Below are positions 41,198 through 50,696 of a DNA stretch of 64,000 nucleotides, one piece after another. The stretch comes from Alphaproteobacteria bacterium. Lineage in GTDB: Bacteria; Pseudomonadota; Alphaproteobacteria; SP197. The stretch covers positions 1-64,000 of the forward strand of contig OZ219918.1 in assembly GCA_964291415.2 (NCBI GenBank), written 5' to 3'. How positions within the stretch are numbered: position 1 is the first letter of the stretch; each line of letters begins with the position of its first letter. A program made the position numbers and the translations under genes. The notes beneath the pieces are model-generated. The model had not been told where the DNA came from and did no database searches. It saw only the letters and a program-made list of their open reading frames with translations.

Positions 41198-41953
41198 ATG
41201 CCTCGGGAAGCGATACAACGAACCGAGCAGACTCATGCTTCCTCCGATCCACCAGCCGAAACAGTTTACTCGGGCGAGCGCACAATCAGTGCGCCGGCCA
41301 TCGATCTTCCGCCGGATCTGGAACCGAACACGCGGCTCAAAATGGATGGACTAGAGTTTCTGGCGAAGATTCCTTCGAGCATGATACCGGTTGCCTTTTT
41401 CGATCCACAGTATCGGGGAGTACTGGACAAGCTCGCCTATGGCAACGAGGGCAAGCAGCGCGGTCAGAAAAGGGCCGCACTAATGCAAATGCCGGAAGAC
41501 GTCATAGGCCGATTCATCCATGGCATCGACCGGGTTCTGATCCCTTCCGGTCACCTGTTCCTATGGGTAGACAAATTCCACCTATGCCAAGGTGTACGCC
41601 CTTGGATACGAGAAACCACCCTCGACATCGTGGACCTTGTGACATGGGACAAGGGTACATTCGGTATGGGCTACCGTACACGCCGCAGGGCTGAGTATTG
41701 CATCGTGCTGCAGAAGCAGCCGCGCAAGGCCAAGGGCGTATGGAAGATTCACAACATTCCCGACGTGATCCAGGAGCAGGTGTCTCAGCGCGAACATCCG
41801 CACTCGAAACCCGTGGACCTGCAAGGCCAACTCATGGCCGCCGTGAGCCATGAAGGTGACTATGTGATCGATCCAGCTGCCGGGTCATTCTCGGTTCTGC
41901 AGGCGGCGATGAACTGGCAACGCAAGTTCCTCGGCTGCGACCTGAACGGCTAG
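41198..41953 (+). CDS. Site-specific DNA amino-methyltransferase (beta class)
   Basis: Catalytic FFDPQY, HPHSKP and VIDPAAGSFS SAM motif; start uncertain. Confidence 0.88.
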   Translation: MPREAIQRTEQTHASSDPPAETVYSGERTISAPAIDLPPDLEPNTRLKMDGLEFLAKIPSSMIPVAFFDPQYRGVLDKLAYGNEGKQRGQKRAALMQMPEDVIGRFIHGIDRVLIPSGHLFLWVDKFHLCQGVRPWIRETTLDIVDLVTWDKGTFGMGYRTRRRAEYCIVLQKQPRKAKGVWKIHNIPDVIQEQVSQREHPHSKPVDLQGQLMAAVSHEGDYVIDPAAGSFSVLQAAMNWQRKFLGCDLNG

Positions 41954-41957
41954 GTCC

Positions 41958-42638
41958 ATGGCCCGCCTTAGCGATGCAAATCCGAGGAACACGTCTGGTT
42001 CCTATGTCCGACTGTTCGGCAACGAAGCACTGGGCGAGTTGGCCAGCAAGATTCAGTCCACCGTGATCTCGTCGGGTTCGGAACTTGAAGCAATGATCGT
42101 TGCAGCAGTTCCTGATATCCCCGACCTGGATGCCTTCCTGGAGCAGGAGATCATGCCTGACGGCGTACTTCTCGCCTCCAAGCGGCAGATCAAGCGGAGC
42201 CAAACCTTAAGCTTCGCAGGGTCCGAGCCCGATTTCATGGTGTTCAAACGCCGCGCCGGTGCGCAAACTTGCCACATTATCGAGTTGAAGGACGGACATG
42301 TTTTCGACACCAAGAAGGCCGACGCCGAACGTCAAGCAATGCGCAGGTTCATCGAGCGCAACGCTCAGCACATCCAGTATCGAGTCCGGGCACACTTCTG
42401 CGCATTCAACCAGGAAGATCGTCAGGCGATATGGGAAGGCTTCAAGAGACGCATCGACTTAGACGAGGCGATGACTGGCCGGGAGTTCTGCGAACTGTTG
42501 GAAATCGACTACGACGACATTGTGCAGGCACGGCGGGCGGACTGCGCTGACAATGTGGAGTTCTTGCTATCCGAACTAGTCAAGATCGAACCAGTCCGCC
42601 ACCGTTTGCTAGAGCTTCTTGGCCAGCACCGCATCTAG
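41958..42638 (+). CDS. Putative type II restriction endonuclease (PD-(D/E)xK)
   Basis: EPDF..IIELKDG..DTKK; lies 4 bp after the methyltransferase. Confidence 0.75.
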   Translation: MARLSDANPRNTSGSYVRLFGNEALGELASKIQSTVISSGSELEAMIVAAVPDIPDLDAFLEQEIMPDGVLLASKRQIKRSQTLSFAGSEPDFMVFKRRAGAQTCHIIELKDGHVFDTKKADAERQAMRRFIERNAQHIQYRVRAHFCAFNQEDRQAIWEGFKRRIDLDEAMTGREFCELLEIDYDDIVQARRADCADNVEFLLSELVKIEPVRHRLLELLGQHRI

Positions 42639-43794
42639 TGTCCTGTGCCAAGAATGGATTGAATTAATGTCTGGGCTCCCGGATCTGTTCGAGTCGCTCT
42701 CTGGCACGCCTGATCTTGGCCAGGATGTCTTCGCTCCTGGCGGTCCATTTGTAGGGCCGCGGATTCTCGTTGTGCGCGTCCAGGTGGCGCACGATCTCGC
42801 GCCGCAGCTCGGCGACGCTGGCGAAGCTGCCATCGCGTATGACGGCGGTCAGGTCGGCGAAGAAGCGTTCGACCAGATTGAGCCACGACCCCGACGTTGG
42901 CGTGAAGTGCATTTCGAAGCGCGGGTGACGGGCGAGCCATGCCCTGACCTTGCCATGCTTGTGCGTGGCGTAGTTGTCGGCAATGACGTGGATCGTCAAG
43001 CCGTCCGGCGTCTCCCGGTCGATCTGCTTGAGGAAGCGCAACCACTCGACATGCGTGTGCTTGGCCTCGAGGCGCTGGATCAGCTTGCCGTCGAGATAGT
43101 TCATCGCCGCGAACAGCGTGATGGTGCCGTGCCGGACATAGTCGTGGGTCGCGGTGCGGATGTGGCCGACGCCGAGCGGCAGCCCGGGTTGCGTGCGTTC
43201 CAACGCCTGGATCTGCGACTTCTCGTCGCAGCACAGCACGATGGACCTCTCCGGTGGATCGAGGTACAGCCCCACGACATCCCAGAACCTGGCCTCGAAC
43301 TGCGGATCGTTCGACAGCTTGAACGTGCGCCTGAGGTGCGGCTTGAGGCCGTGTTCGCGCCAGATGCGAGCCACGCTCGACGCCGAGATGCCGACCTCGG
43401 TCGCCGTGGTGCGCGTGCTGCGCCGCCGCATGCCCGGCGCCTTCTGGCCGGCCTTGGCCACCACCGCCTCGACCACCGCCGGCGCAATGGACGCCTTGAC
43501 GCCTCGCCCCGGACGGTCCGCAAGGCCGTCCAGCCCCAGCAGCTCGAAGCGTTGCGACCACTTGTTGACCGACGTCGTCGACACCCCCACCGCCCGCGCC
43601 ACGTCGCTCTGCTTCATCCCCGTGCTGCGCAACAGCACGATGCGCGCCCGCACGACATCGCGCGCCGCGGTCGTCGGCGCACGAACACGACGGTGAAGCT
43701 CCGCTTCCTCTTCCGCCGTCAGATCCAGAACCGAAACAGGTCGTGCCATCGCACTCGCCATCATACGCCCAACGGAGGCCATGGCACGGAACAC
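42638..43794 (-). mobile_element. IS630 family insertion sequence
   Basis: Imperfect terminal inverted repeats GTGTCCTGTGCCA / TGGCACGGAACAC flanked by duplicated TA (42636-42637 and 43795-43796) in a CTAG site. Confidence 0.92.
42664..43749 (-). CDS. IS630 family transposase
   Basis: HTH N-terminus, CDEKSQIQALER, HDYVRHGT, ADNYATHK and SWLNLVERFF. Confidence 0.95.
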   Translation of the reverse strand: MARPVSVLDLTAEEEAELHRRVRAPTTAARDVVRARIVLLRSTGMKQSDVARAVGVSTTSVNKWSQRFELLGLDGLADRPGRGVKASIAPAVVEAVVAKAGQKAPGMRRRSTRTTATEVGISASSVARIWREHGLKPHLRRTFKLSNDPQFEARFWDVVGLYLDPPERSIVLCCDEKSQIQALERTQPGLPLGVGHIRTATHDYVRHGTITLFAAMNYLDGKLIQRLEAKHTHVEWLRFLKQIDRETPDGLTIHVIADNYATHKHGKVRAWLARHPRFEMHFTPTSGSWLNLVERFFADLTAVIRDGSFASVAELRREIVRHLDAHNENPRPYKWTARSEDILAKIRRARERLEQIREPRH

Positions 43795-44288
43795 TAGTTC
43801 CCTTCACATTCTGTGCCGACCACAGCGAGTCGTGTTCTGAAGCGACGTCAGAGAGATCGACCACTTGCCAGTCCCGTTCTTCTCGGTCAACGGTCATGCT
43901 CGATGTGGCATCTAGTGACGGTCAACTATCTCGATTCCCCAGGCGTAGCCATCACGCCGAGGGAAACAGGTGCGCCATTGCTTGTTGACCCGAGCGCCAC
44001 GTTACCCAAGTAGGTCGCTGCGAAGAATTTCCAGCCGGTTGCCGGGCCAGACCTCAGGTTATCGAGGCGGCCGATCGCGTTCCTGTCCCATACCTTGACA
44101 GTTTGCCGGTTGTCTCGATGTGCCGACAAAGAACGACACCAATCGGTCTCCCTCCGGCCCCAAGAACGCCGGCTGGTTCGTTCCGATCCTGGTGCGGCTG
44201 GCGACCGCATGAAAGAGAGGTTTGCCCGGGCATTCATCATCCGAACGGATGGCCCTATTCTTGCCGTACGGTGGAGCGAGGACGAGGC

Positions 44289-45263
44289 ATGAAGAGACCA
44301 CGCATGCTCATTGCCATGCCGCTGGCGCAACGGACGATGGAACGCCTTGCGGAGGCGGGCGATGTCACGGTCATGAATCCGGGCGAGGCGGGGGAGGAAG
44401 CATTCCAGGAGGCGCTGGCCAGTCATGACGGGGTCCTGTGTTCCGCCATGCAGGGCATTCCCGACGGTTGTCTCGAAAGGGCGTCGGAGCGCTTGAGGGT
44501 GGTGAGCAACTTCGGTGTCGGATACGACAACGTCAACGTGGCGCTGGCGACGAGGTGCGGCGTGAGAGTCTGCAACACGCCGGGCATTCTCAGTGATGCG
44601 GTGGCGGAACTCGTCATGCTGCTCATTCTCGCCCTGGCACGCCGCCTGGACGAAGCCTCGGGGTTCGTGCGTGGCGGTCACTGGGGAACGGCGTCATTTC
44701 CCCTTGCCCATGACATCTCCGGCAAGACCCTCGGGCTCGTCGGATTCGGCCGCATTGGCAGGGCTGTGGCCGAACGGGCGCTGGCCTTCAACATGCGCGT
44801 GGTGGCGAGCGATGTCCGCGACATCGCCGAGGGTCCCTGGGAACAGGTGCCCCTGGCAACCCTTCTCGCTGAAGCGGACTTCGTCAGCGTCCACGTCAAC
44901 CTGTCGCAGACCACCAGGGGGCTGATCGGCGAGGAGTCGCTGGCGTGCATGAAGCGGTCCGCTTTCGTGATCAACACGTCACGTGGTCCTGTCGTCGATA
45001 CGGCAGCACTGCGCCGGGCGCTGGCCTCGGGCACCATTGCCGGAGCTGCTCTCGACGTGACCGATCCCGAACCGCCTGCGCCGGACGACCCGCTCCTGTC
45101 GCTGCCCCAGGTCATCGTCACCCCGCATGTCGGCACGGGGACCGTCGAGACCCGCGAAAAGATGGGTGATCTGGCGGCCACCAACCTCATCGAGAGCCTG
45201 GCAGGGCGCCGGCCTCCGGCGGTCGTCAACCGGGTGGACCTTCAGCTGGCCGGAGAAACCTGA
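44289..45263 (+). CDS. D-2-hydroxyacid dehydrogenase (glyoxylate reductase-like)
   Basis: GVGYDN, NTPG, GFGRIG, INTSRG, LDVTDPEP and TPHVG. Confidence 0.92.
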   Translation: MKRPRMLIAMPLAQRTMERLAEAGDVTVMNPGEAGEEAFQEALASHDGVLCSAMQGIPDGCLERASERLRVVSNFGVGYDNVNVALATRCGVRVCNTPGILSDAVAELVMLLILALARRLDEASGFVRGGHWGTASFPLAHDISGKTLGLVGFGRIGRAVAERALAFNMRVVASDVRDIAEGPWEQVPLATLLAEADFVSVHVNLSQTTRGLIGEESLACMKRSAFVINTSRGPVVDTAALRRALASGTIAGAALDVTDPEPPAPDDPLLSLPQVIVTPHVGTGTVETREKMGDLAATNLIESLAGRRPPAVVNRVDLQLAGET

Positions 45264-45317
45264 AGACCGATGCGCCAGGGGGCATCGGACTCATGGATGC
45301 CGGCAGTGCTGACGGGT

Positions 45318-46247
45318 TCAGGGCGGTTTCGAATGGCGCTTCAACTGTGTCACCGACGGTGCGGCGTCATCACGTGAACGGTTTCTAACGGGCAGGAAGG
45401 CGTGGAACGAGATGGCTGCCATGATGACAGCGCCGCCGATGATGGTCAGGAGAGTCGGGACTTCGCTCAGGAAGAGGAAGACCCAGAAGGGGGACAGGAC
45501 CGATTCGACCATGGAGAGCAGGGTCAGTTCGGCAGCGGGCAGGTGTCGTGCGGCAAGCGTGAAGAGGCCGTTGCACACGGCGCTGATGAAGACGCCCTGG
45601 ATCAGGCACAGCGCCAGATCGTGGAACGAGATGGAAAGGTGGTCGGCTGTCAGCGCTGCGGCCGCGGCCGCCATCATGCCCGAGACGGCAACGGTCGGCA
45701 CCATGTCCCGTCCCCGGCCAAAGCGACAGGCGACGACATAGAATGACGCAAGCAGGGCGCAGGCAAGGGCCAGAAGATTGCCCTCCCAACTGCCGCCGGC
45801 AAATCCTTCCCAGACCATGAGGGCGACGCCCCCCATGGCGATAGCGGATGCCAGGACGGTGCGCCGGCCCATCGATTCCCGCATCACGATCCAGGCGAGC
45901 GCACCGACGATGAACGGTGCGGTGGCAACCAGGAAGCTGATGTTGGCAATGGTCGTGTGATCGATTGCCATGATGAACGTGACCGAGGCGAATCCGAGAC
46001 CGGCGCCGCCGATGACGCCTGGCCAGCCGATGGCCCTGAAGGCGCGAAGCGTGTTGATGCGGTATCTGAACGCGACGAAGGACGTGATGGCCGAAGCGAG
46101 AGCAAGACCGCGGTAGAACACGACCTCGAGGGCGCCGGCCTCCTCGATGAGACGGAAGACGAGACCCGTTGTGCTCCATCCGGCGGCGAGGACAAGAGCG
46201 ACGATGACCCAGAGAAGACGGCTTTCTGAACGGAACCAGCCCAGCAT
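45318..46247 (-). CDS. DMT/EamA family transporter
   Basis: About ten TM segments in two EamA repeats; ESVLSPFWVFLFLSEVP. Confidence 0.88.
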   Translation of the reverse strand: MLGWFRSESRLLWVIVALVLAAGWSTTGLVFRLIEEAGALEVVFYRGLALASAITSFVAFRYRINTLRAFRAIGWPGVIGGAGLGFASVTFIMAIDHTTIANISFLVATAPFIVGALAWIVMRESMGRRTVLASAIAMGGVALMVWEGFAGGSWEGNLLALACALLASFYVVACRFGRGRDMVPTVAVSGMMAAAAAALTADHLSISFHDLALCLIQGVFISAVCNGLFTLAARHLPAAELTLLSMVESVLSPFWVFLFLSEVPTLLTIIGGAVIMAAISFHAFLPVRNRSRDDAAPSVTQLKRHSKPP

Positions 46248-46375
46248 GGCGTTGCACCTTGATGCCGAATGCGGATCCTTGCGGACTGCCGACAGGCAGT
46301 TCGCACGCTATCTCAAGGTCAAAAGACCCCTGTCGTCCAGAGGCCAGCCGAAAAAAAGGGGATTATATACTGAGT

Positions 46376-46405
46376 TTGACAAGCGGCGGCATCTCGCCCT
46401 AGCCT
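46376..46405 (+). promoter_or_regulatory. Putative sigma70 promoter with its -35 inside the left TIR
   Basis: TTGACA (46376-46381), 18-nt spacer, TAGCCT (46400-46405); predicted start near 46412. Confidence 0.5.
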
Positions 46406-46411
46406 CCATCC

Positions 46412-46570
46412 TGCAACGTTACACGGACCCGCGAGTCGGGTCGCCCGCCGAATAGAACAGCCCTCAGACCGGCAAGGGGTAGCTCCCCATGCTTGGCGAA
46501 TAGGCGGGGCTTCACCAATCCGTGTGACGTTGCAACGGCCCGGCACCCGCTGGGCTGGCACACCGGAGGG
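46412..46570 (+). ncRNA. Candidate c4/CI-like antisense leader RNA, copy A
   Basis: Stems 46433-46443/46536-46546 and CCCGCC/GGCGGG with loop GAATAGAACA; 46519-46534 is complementary to 46412-46427; homologous to copy B. Confidence 0.6.
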
Positions 46571-46578
46571 GAGGCTCC

Positions 46579-47973
46579 ATGAATATCAGAAACACGTTAA
46601 CTTCATCGGTGATCGCCGCAGGAATGCTGTTTCTCGCCGCTTGTGGCGGCGGTGGCGGCAGTTCAAGTTCGACGGAGCAACCGACGGTCGGTTTGCCGCC
46701 CAGTGCATCGAACAACGAGTACCGGATACACCTCGGCATCCCAGCGTCTGATGCGAAGCGATCTCCCATCTATCGGACAGGCAACCTGCTTCGCGTCGGC
46801 GTAGATCAAGGGGCTGCACTGGAACGGTTGCCAAAGCTGACGATTCCCGGCTTCCCGGATGTCGAAGTGCGGTACGGCACAATCAGTGACGGCGCGGGCG
46901 GTTCGGCTCTACGCGACTATTTGTCATCGATCGAAGGATCCTATTCGGGCTTGAGCCGCCGGTTGCCAGGTTATGAAGTGCGCGTTATCGGCGCTTCAAC
47001 CGCGGCAGAACGTCGGCGCGTCCTCGCGGCCGTCCAGTTGGTGAACGCCGCCCTGCCGGAGAATGCCAAACTGAGCGTCGGAACGCCACTGCCGGGCTTC
47101 AGCCTCAAGGACACGGTGAATGCGGACGGGCGCTATTTCGGGGCCGGCAGCGAACTGCCGAACACGATTCATGTCGAGTTCACGCCGGAAAGCGAGTTCT
47201 ACGACAGCGACGCCGCTGGCACGTCGTGGGGCGAGTACATGCTTCTGTCACGCGGCGACTTCCCGGCATACACAGACGAGCGCAAGGCCGTGATCCTGAT
47301 AGCCCACGAATTCGTGCACTCGCTCGGGATCGGTGGGCATGTGCCGGAACACTTCGACACGATCATGGAGACTGGCAGCAGGGTCTATGACAATGCCCAG
47401 GGCATCCGACAGCCTGCGTCCTTGCTCTACCCGATCGACCGTGAGGCTGTGCGGGCACTCTACGGACCCTTGCGGAACAGCAACGATCCCAACGATCTCG
47501 GGCCATGGTCCAGCACATCGGAACACTTGTTCGTGGGCAATGAGCATGGCGCGTTCGGCGTCGCAAGCCGCAACGGTTATGCGGAGCCATGGGCGTATGG
47601 AACCACACCGCGAACCAATCTCGCCTCCAACCCGCAACTGTCCGGCACCGTGAACTGGTATGGCGCCCTGGTTGGCTTCACGTCGAACGCCCTACCCATG
47701 GCAGGCGACGCGGGAATCGCCGTTGATCTCACGAACATGGCGGGAACGGCGGCGTTCACGGATCTGACGATCATTTCAATAGACGGTGCGCCGGTTCCGC
47801 AGTGGGCTGACCGAGACCTCCACTACACCATCGCCGTCACCGGCAACACGTTCCGCGAAACCGGAGGCGATGACGGTAGGCTCACCGGCATCTTCGTGGG
47901 CCGTTACCATGAAGCGGCGGGCGGCACGCTGGAGCGGTCCGACTTGTCAGCGGCGTTCGGTGCGGTACGCTGA
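46579..47973 (+). CDS. Putative lipoprotein with a zincin HExxH motif and a C-terminal beta-barrel-like domain
   Basis: Lipobox LAAC plus Gly/Ser linker, AHEFVHSLG, TIM Met-turn-like segment and C-terminal GGTLERSDLSAAFGAVR; GGAGG RBS. Confidence 0.8.
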   Translation: MNIRNTLTSSVIAAGMLFLAACGGGGGSSSSTEQPTVGLPPSASNNEYRIHLGIPASDAKRSPIYRTGNLLRVGVDQGAALERLPKLTIPGFPDVEVRYGTISDGAGGSALRDYLSSIEGSYSGLSRRLPGYEVRVIGASTAAERRRVLAAVQLVNAALPENAKLSVGTPLPGFSLKDTVNADGRYFGAGSELPNTIHVEFTPESEFYDSDAAGTSWGEYMLLSRGDFPAYTDERKAVILIAHEFVHSLGIGGHVPEHFDTIMETGSRVYDNAQGIRQPASLLYPIDREAVRALYGPLRNSNDPNDLGPWSSTSEHLFVGNEHGAFGVASRNGYAEPWAYGTTPRTNLASNPQLSGTVNWYGALVGFTSNALPMAGDAGIAVDLTNMAGTAAFTDLTIISIDGAPVPQWADRDLHYTIAVTGNTFRETGGDDGRLTGIFVGRYHEAAGGTLERSDLSAAFGAVR

Positions 47974-47977
47974 CCAC

Positions 47978-48139
47978 ATGGAGACAGACATGACGGAACA
48001 GACGAAGGGCCCGGACTTGCTCACCTTGGCGATGCGTCGGGTTCAAGCCGAGACGGTCGAAAGACAGGGGCGGGAACCGGAATCCCCGCCCCATGCCGAA
48101 AACGCGTCAGCCGCGGATGCCGCTGACCGTGATGAATGA
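47978..48139 (+). CDS. Hypothetical small protein
   Basis: METDMTEQTKGPDLLTLAMRRVQAE; follows the lipoprotein stop directly, with GGAG before the second ATG. Confidence 0.4.
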   Translation: METDMTEQTKGPDLLTLAMRRVQAETVERQGREPESPPHAENASAADAADRDE

Positions 48140-48325
48140 ACCGTCCATGAGCCGCTGTTCGTTGACCAATCCGTGAAGCAGTCCCCGGCGGATCGCGCCT
48201 ATCACGGTGGTCTCGATCACGTGAGGACTGGCGTCGGGGATCTCGGTGGCGAGGTCATCAACGGTGTTGAATTCTCGGCCTCGGCAGGTCGTGAGAATGC
48301 GTTGTAGAAGGGATGTCTGAGCCAT
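48107..48325 (-). CDS. Hypothetical small protein
   Basis: 72-aa ORF with a strong AAGGAGG RBS. Confidence 0.55.
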   Translation of the reverse strand: MAQTSLLQRILTTCRGREFNTVDDLATEIPDASPHVIETTVIGAIRRGLLHGLVNEQRLMDGSFITVSGIRG

Positions 48326-48413
48326 TCGGGCCTCCTTGAATCGGAGGCCGCATGACCCTATGCTGTAGAAATTGTTGCAGCATCCCGCACGGCCTCCAAA
48401 GCAGCGATGCGGG

Positions 48414-48445
48414 GAAACGGGCGCCCTTGCCGGGGCGCCTGTTTC
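48414..48445. terminator. Stem-loop downstream of the IS1595 transposase A gene
   Basis: GAAACGGGCGCCC / GGGCGCCTGTTTC inverted repeat. Confidence 0.5.
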
Positions 48446-48460
48446 GAATCTGGGATCAGG

Positions 48461-49444
48461 CTAACAGGAACGCGCCCCAGAAGACAATCCGTTGTCCTCG
48501 ATCAAGGCGCGATAGGCCAGATGCTTGCCGATCATGTGTGTGAACGCGGCTTCCATCTGGTCGATGGTGTCGGCGTCGCGCACATTGTGACGACCGGAAA
48601 ACTCGCTGATGTACCGCGCAAGGTGCTTCGGGCTCATCTTGTGATAGGTGCCCTGATAGCCGCGCTTGAGCATGGACCAGAAAGACTCGATGCCGTTGGT
48701 ATGGGCCATCCCACGCACATATTCGCCGGCGGAGTGGTTCACGGCTTCACGGTCGTAGTACGGATCGAGAATGTTGTAGGCACTGGCCTCATCGGTGAAC
48801 AGCTTGGCGCCGAACTCGGCCTTGGCGACCACGACATTCGAGACCGTCAGAGAGTCGGTCTTGTTGACGCGCTGAGCGGAGACGCGATTGGTGGCCCGAT
48901 CCTTCACGCCGACGATCGTCTCTTTGCCGACCGCGCCGCGTCCGCGCAGTTCCGTGCGCTTGCTCTTGGGCATGTTCTTGCGCTTACCGCCGATGAATGT
49001 CTCGTCGGCTTCGACCGGGCCGGTGAACGCGTCGGAGTCGCCATCTTCCCAAGCATCCCGGAGCCGGTGAAGCATGAACCATGCGGTCTTCTGCGTGACT
49101 TTGAGATCGCGGTGGAGCTTCATGCTGCTCACGCCCTTGAGGTTCGTCATGTAGATGTAGACGGCGAACACCCACTTGCGGAGCGGCAAGCGGGAACCCT
49201 GCAACATCGAGCCGGTGCGGACGGAGAAGTAGGAACGGCACGACTTGCACCAGTAGGGCATCGGCTTGGCGCTCGGCACTTCCCTGGTCTCGGTCGATCC
49301 GCAGTGACCGCAATGGCGTTCACCGTTCGGCCAGCGCGTATCCTCGAACCACCTCACCGCCGATGCCTCGTCGGGGAACATATCGGTCAACTCGATGATC
49401 GAGATACCTTCGCGGTGTGACTTGCCCGGTGCTTTCTGTGCCAT
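48461..49444 (-). CDS. IS1595 family transposase
   Basis: Zn ribbon CGHC..CKSC, VEADETFIGG, FTDEASAY, VNHS.GEYV, HTNGIESFWS and YISEF..RHN. Confidence 0.95.
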   Translation of the reverse strand: MAQKAPGKSHREGISIIELTDMFPDEASAVRWFEDTRWPNGERHCGHCGSTETREVPSAKPMPYWCKSCRSYFSVRTGSMLQGSRLPLRKWVFAVYIYMTNLKGVSSMKLHRDLKVTQKTAWFMLHRLRDAWEDGDSDAFTGPVEADETFIGGKRKNMPKSKRTELRGRGAVGKETIVGVKDRATNRVSAQRVNKTDSLTVSNVVVAKAEFGAKLFTDEASAYNILDPYYDREAVNHSAGEYVRGMAHTNGIESFWSMLKRGYQGTYHKMSPKHLARYISEFSGRHNVRDADTIDQMEAAFTHMIGKHLAYRALIEDNGLSSGARSC

Positions 49445-49471
49445 GTCCCGACTCCGTGTCTAACTGACCGG

Positions 49472-49500
49472 AATATAGGGATTCTCGTTGCGCTTGTCAA
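49472..49500 (-). promoter_or_regulatory. Sigma70-like promoter for transposase A
   Basis: Minus strand TTGACA-17 nt-TATATT, with the -35 inside the right TIR. Confidence 0.65.
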
Positions 49501-49612
49501 GTTCAGTATATAATCCCCCAAAGAAAAGGGAATTATACGCCTAACTAGCCAAAGCGCTTGACACCGGCTGGATAATCACCATTATACTAGCCATATCACA
49601 CGGAGTCGTGAG

Positions 49613-50578
49613 ATGGCGCAGAAAGGTCCGGGACGGTCGCACAGAGAAGGGATGACCGTTGTCCAGTTGCTCGGGATGTTCCCCGACGACGCAAGCGCCG
49701 AGGCGTGGTTCGAGGCGCAGAGATGGCCCGAGGGCCGGTTCTGCCCGGACTGCGGTTCGACCAACACCGTGTCGGTCACCAGCCGCAAGCCCATGCCCTA
49801 CCGTTGCCGCGACTGCCGCAATCACTTCTCCGTCCGCAAGGGCACGGTCATGCAGTCAAGCAAGCTCGGATTGCAGAAGTGGGCGATCGCGCTCTACCTG
49901 GCGACGACGGGCATCAAGGGCACGGCCAGCATGAAGGTCTACCGGGATCTCGGTATGCGTCAGGCGACGGCCTGGCACCTCATGCACCGCATCCGCGAAG
50001 CCTTTGACGACGGCGTGAACCTGCCGTTCCCCGGACCCGTCGAGATGGACGAGTCGCACTTCGGCGGCCGCGAGAAGAACAAGCACGGCAACAAAAAACT
50101 GCGCGCCGGCCGTGGTGCCGTCGGCAAGACCACTGTCGCCGGCGTCAAGGATCGCGGCTCCAGGCACGTCAGCGCCGCCGTGGTTCCGGCAACCAACAGG
50201 GAGACGCTTCAGGGCTTCGTGAAGGACCGTGCCGCTGACGGCGCGATGATCTACACCGACGAGCACGGCGCCTATCGGGGCATGGAGAACCACGAGTCGG
50301 TCAGTCACAGCACTGGCGAGTTTGTCCGCGGCATGGCGCACACGAACGGCATCGAGTCGTTCTGGAGCCTGTTGAAACGCGGCTATCACGGCACGTTCCA
50401 CAAGATCAGTGCCAAGCACCTCGACCGCTACGTCCGGGAGTTCGCCGGTCGCAACAACATCCGCGATCTCGACACGCTGGCACAGATGACCGCGCTGGCC
50501 CGTGGCATGGTCGGCAAGCGGCTTCGTTACAGCGACTTGATCGCGGACAATGGATTGCCTTCGGGAGCCCGAAGGTAG
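49613..50578 (+). CDS. IS1595 family transposase
   Basis: CPDC..CRDC, VEMDESHFGG, YTDEHGAY, HTNGIESFWS and YVREFAGRNN. Confidence 0.95.
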   Translation: MAQKGPGRSHREGMTVVQLLGMFPDDASAEAWFEAQRWPEGRFCPDCGSTNTVSVTSRKPMPYRCRDCRNHFSVRKGTVMQSSKLGLQKWAIALYLATTGIKGTASMKVYRDLGMRQATAWHLMHRIREAFDDGVNLPFPGPVEMDESHFGGREKNKHGNKKLRAGRGAVGKTTVAGVKDRGSRHVSAAVVPATNRETLQGFVKDRAADGAMIYTDEHGAYRGMENHESVSHSTGEFVRGMAHTNGIESFWSLLKRGYHGTFHKISAKHLDRYVREFAGRNNIRDLDTLAQMTALARGMVGKRLRYSDLIADNGLPSGARR

Positions 50579-50696
50579 AAGTAACAGCGCTCCGACCAGC
50601 GGCAACTGGCGGAGCGCACAATCAGGCGAGAACCCTCTCGGCAACAACCGTAGCCGAGAGGGCTTTGGCATGTCTAGTTCCGAGTCAACCCACGAA

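Larger units (their letters stand above)
46358..49518 (-). mobile_element. IS1595-family transposon A with passenger genes
   Basis: Terminal inverted repeats GGGGATTATATACTGAGTTTGACAAGCG (from 46358) and CGCTTGTCAAGTTCAGTATATAATCCCC (to 49518); A-rich flanks; transposase at the right end. Confidence 0.87.

Noticed and set aside
42631-43917. 10-bp direct repeat GCATCTAGTG at 42631 and 43908
   Set aside because: The IS630 ends are already defined by TIRs and TA duplication; the second copy does not continue into TIR sequence.
46444-46510. HDV-like ribozyme suggested by GGCGAATAGGCGGG resembling J4/2-P2
   Set aside because: No P3/L3 or P1.1 can be built after the putative P2 strand; homology with copy B explains the sequence better.
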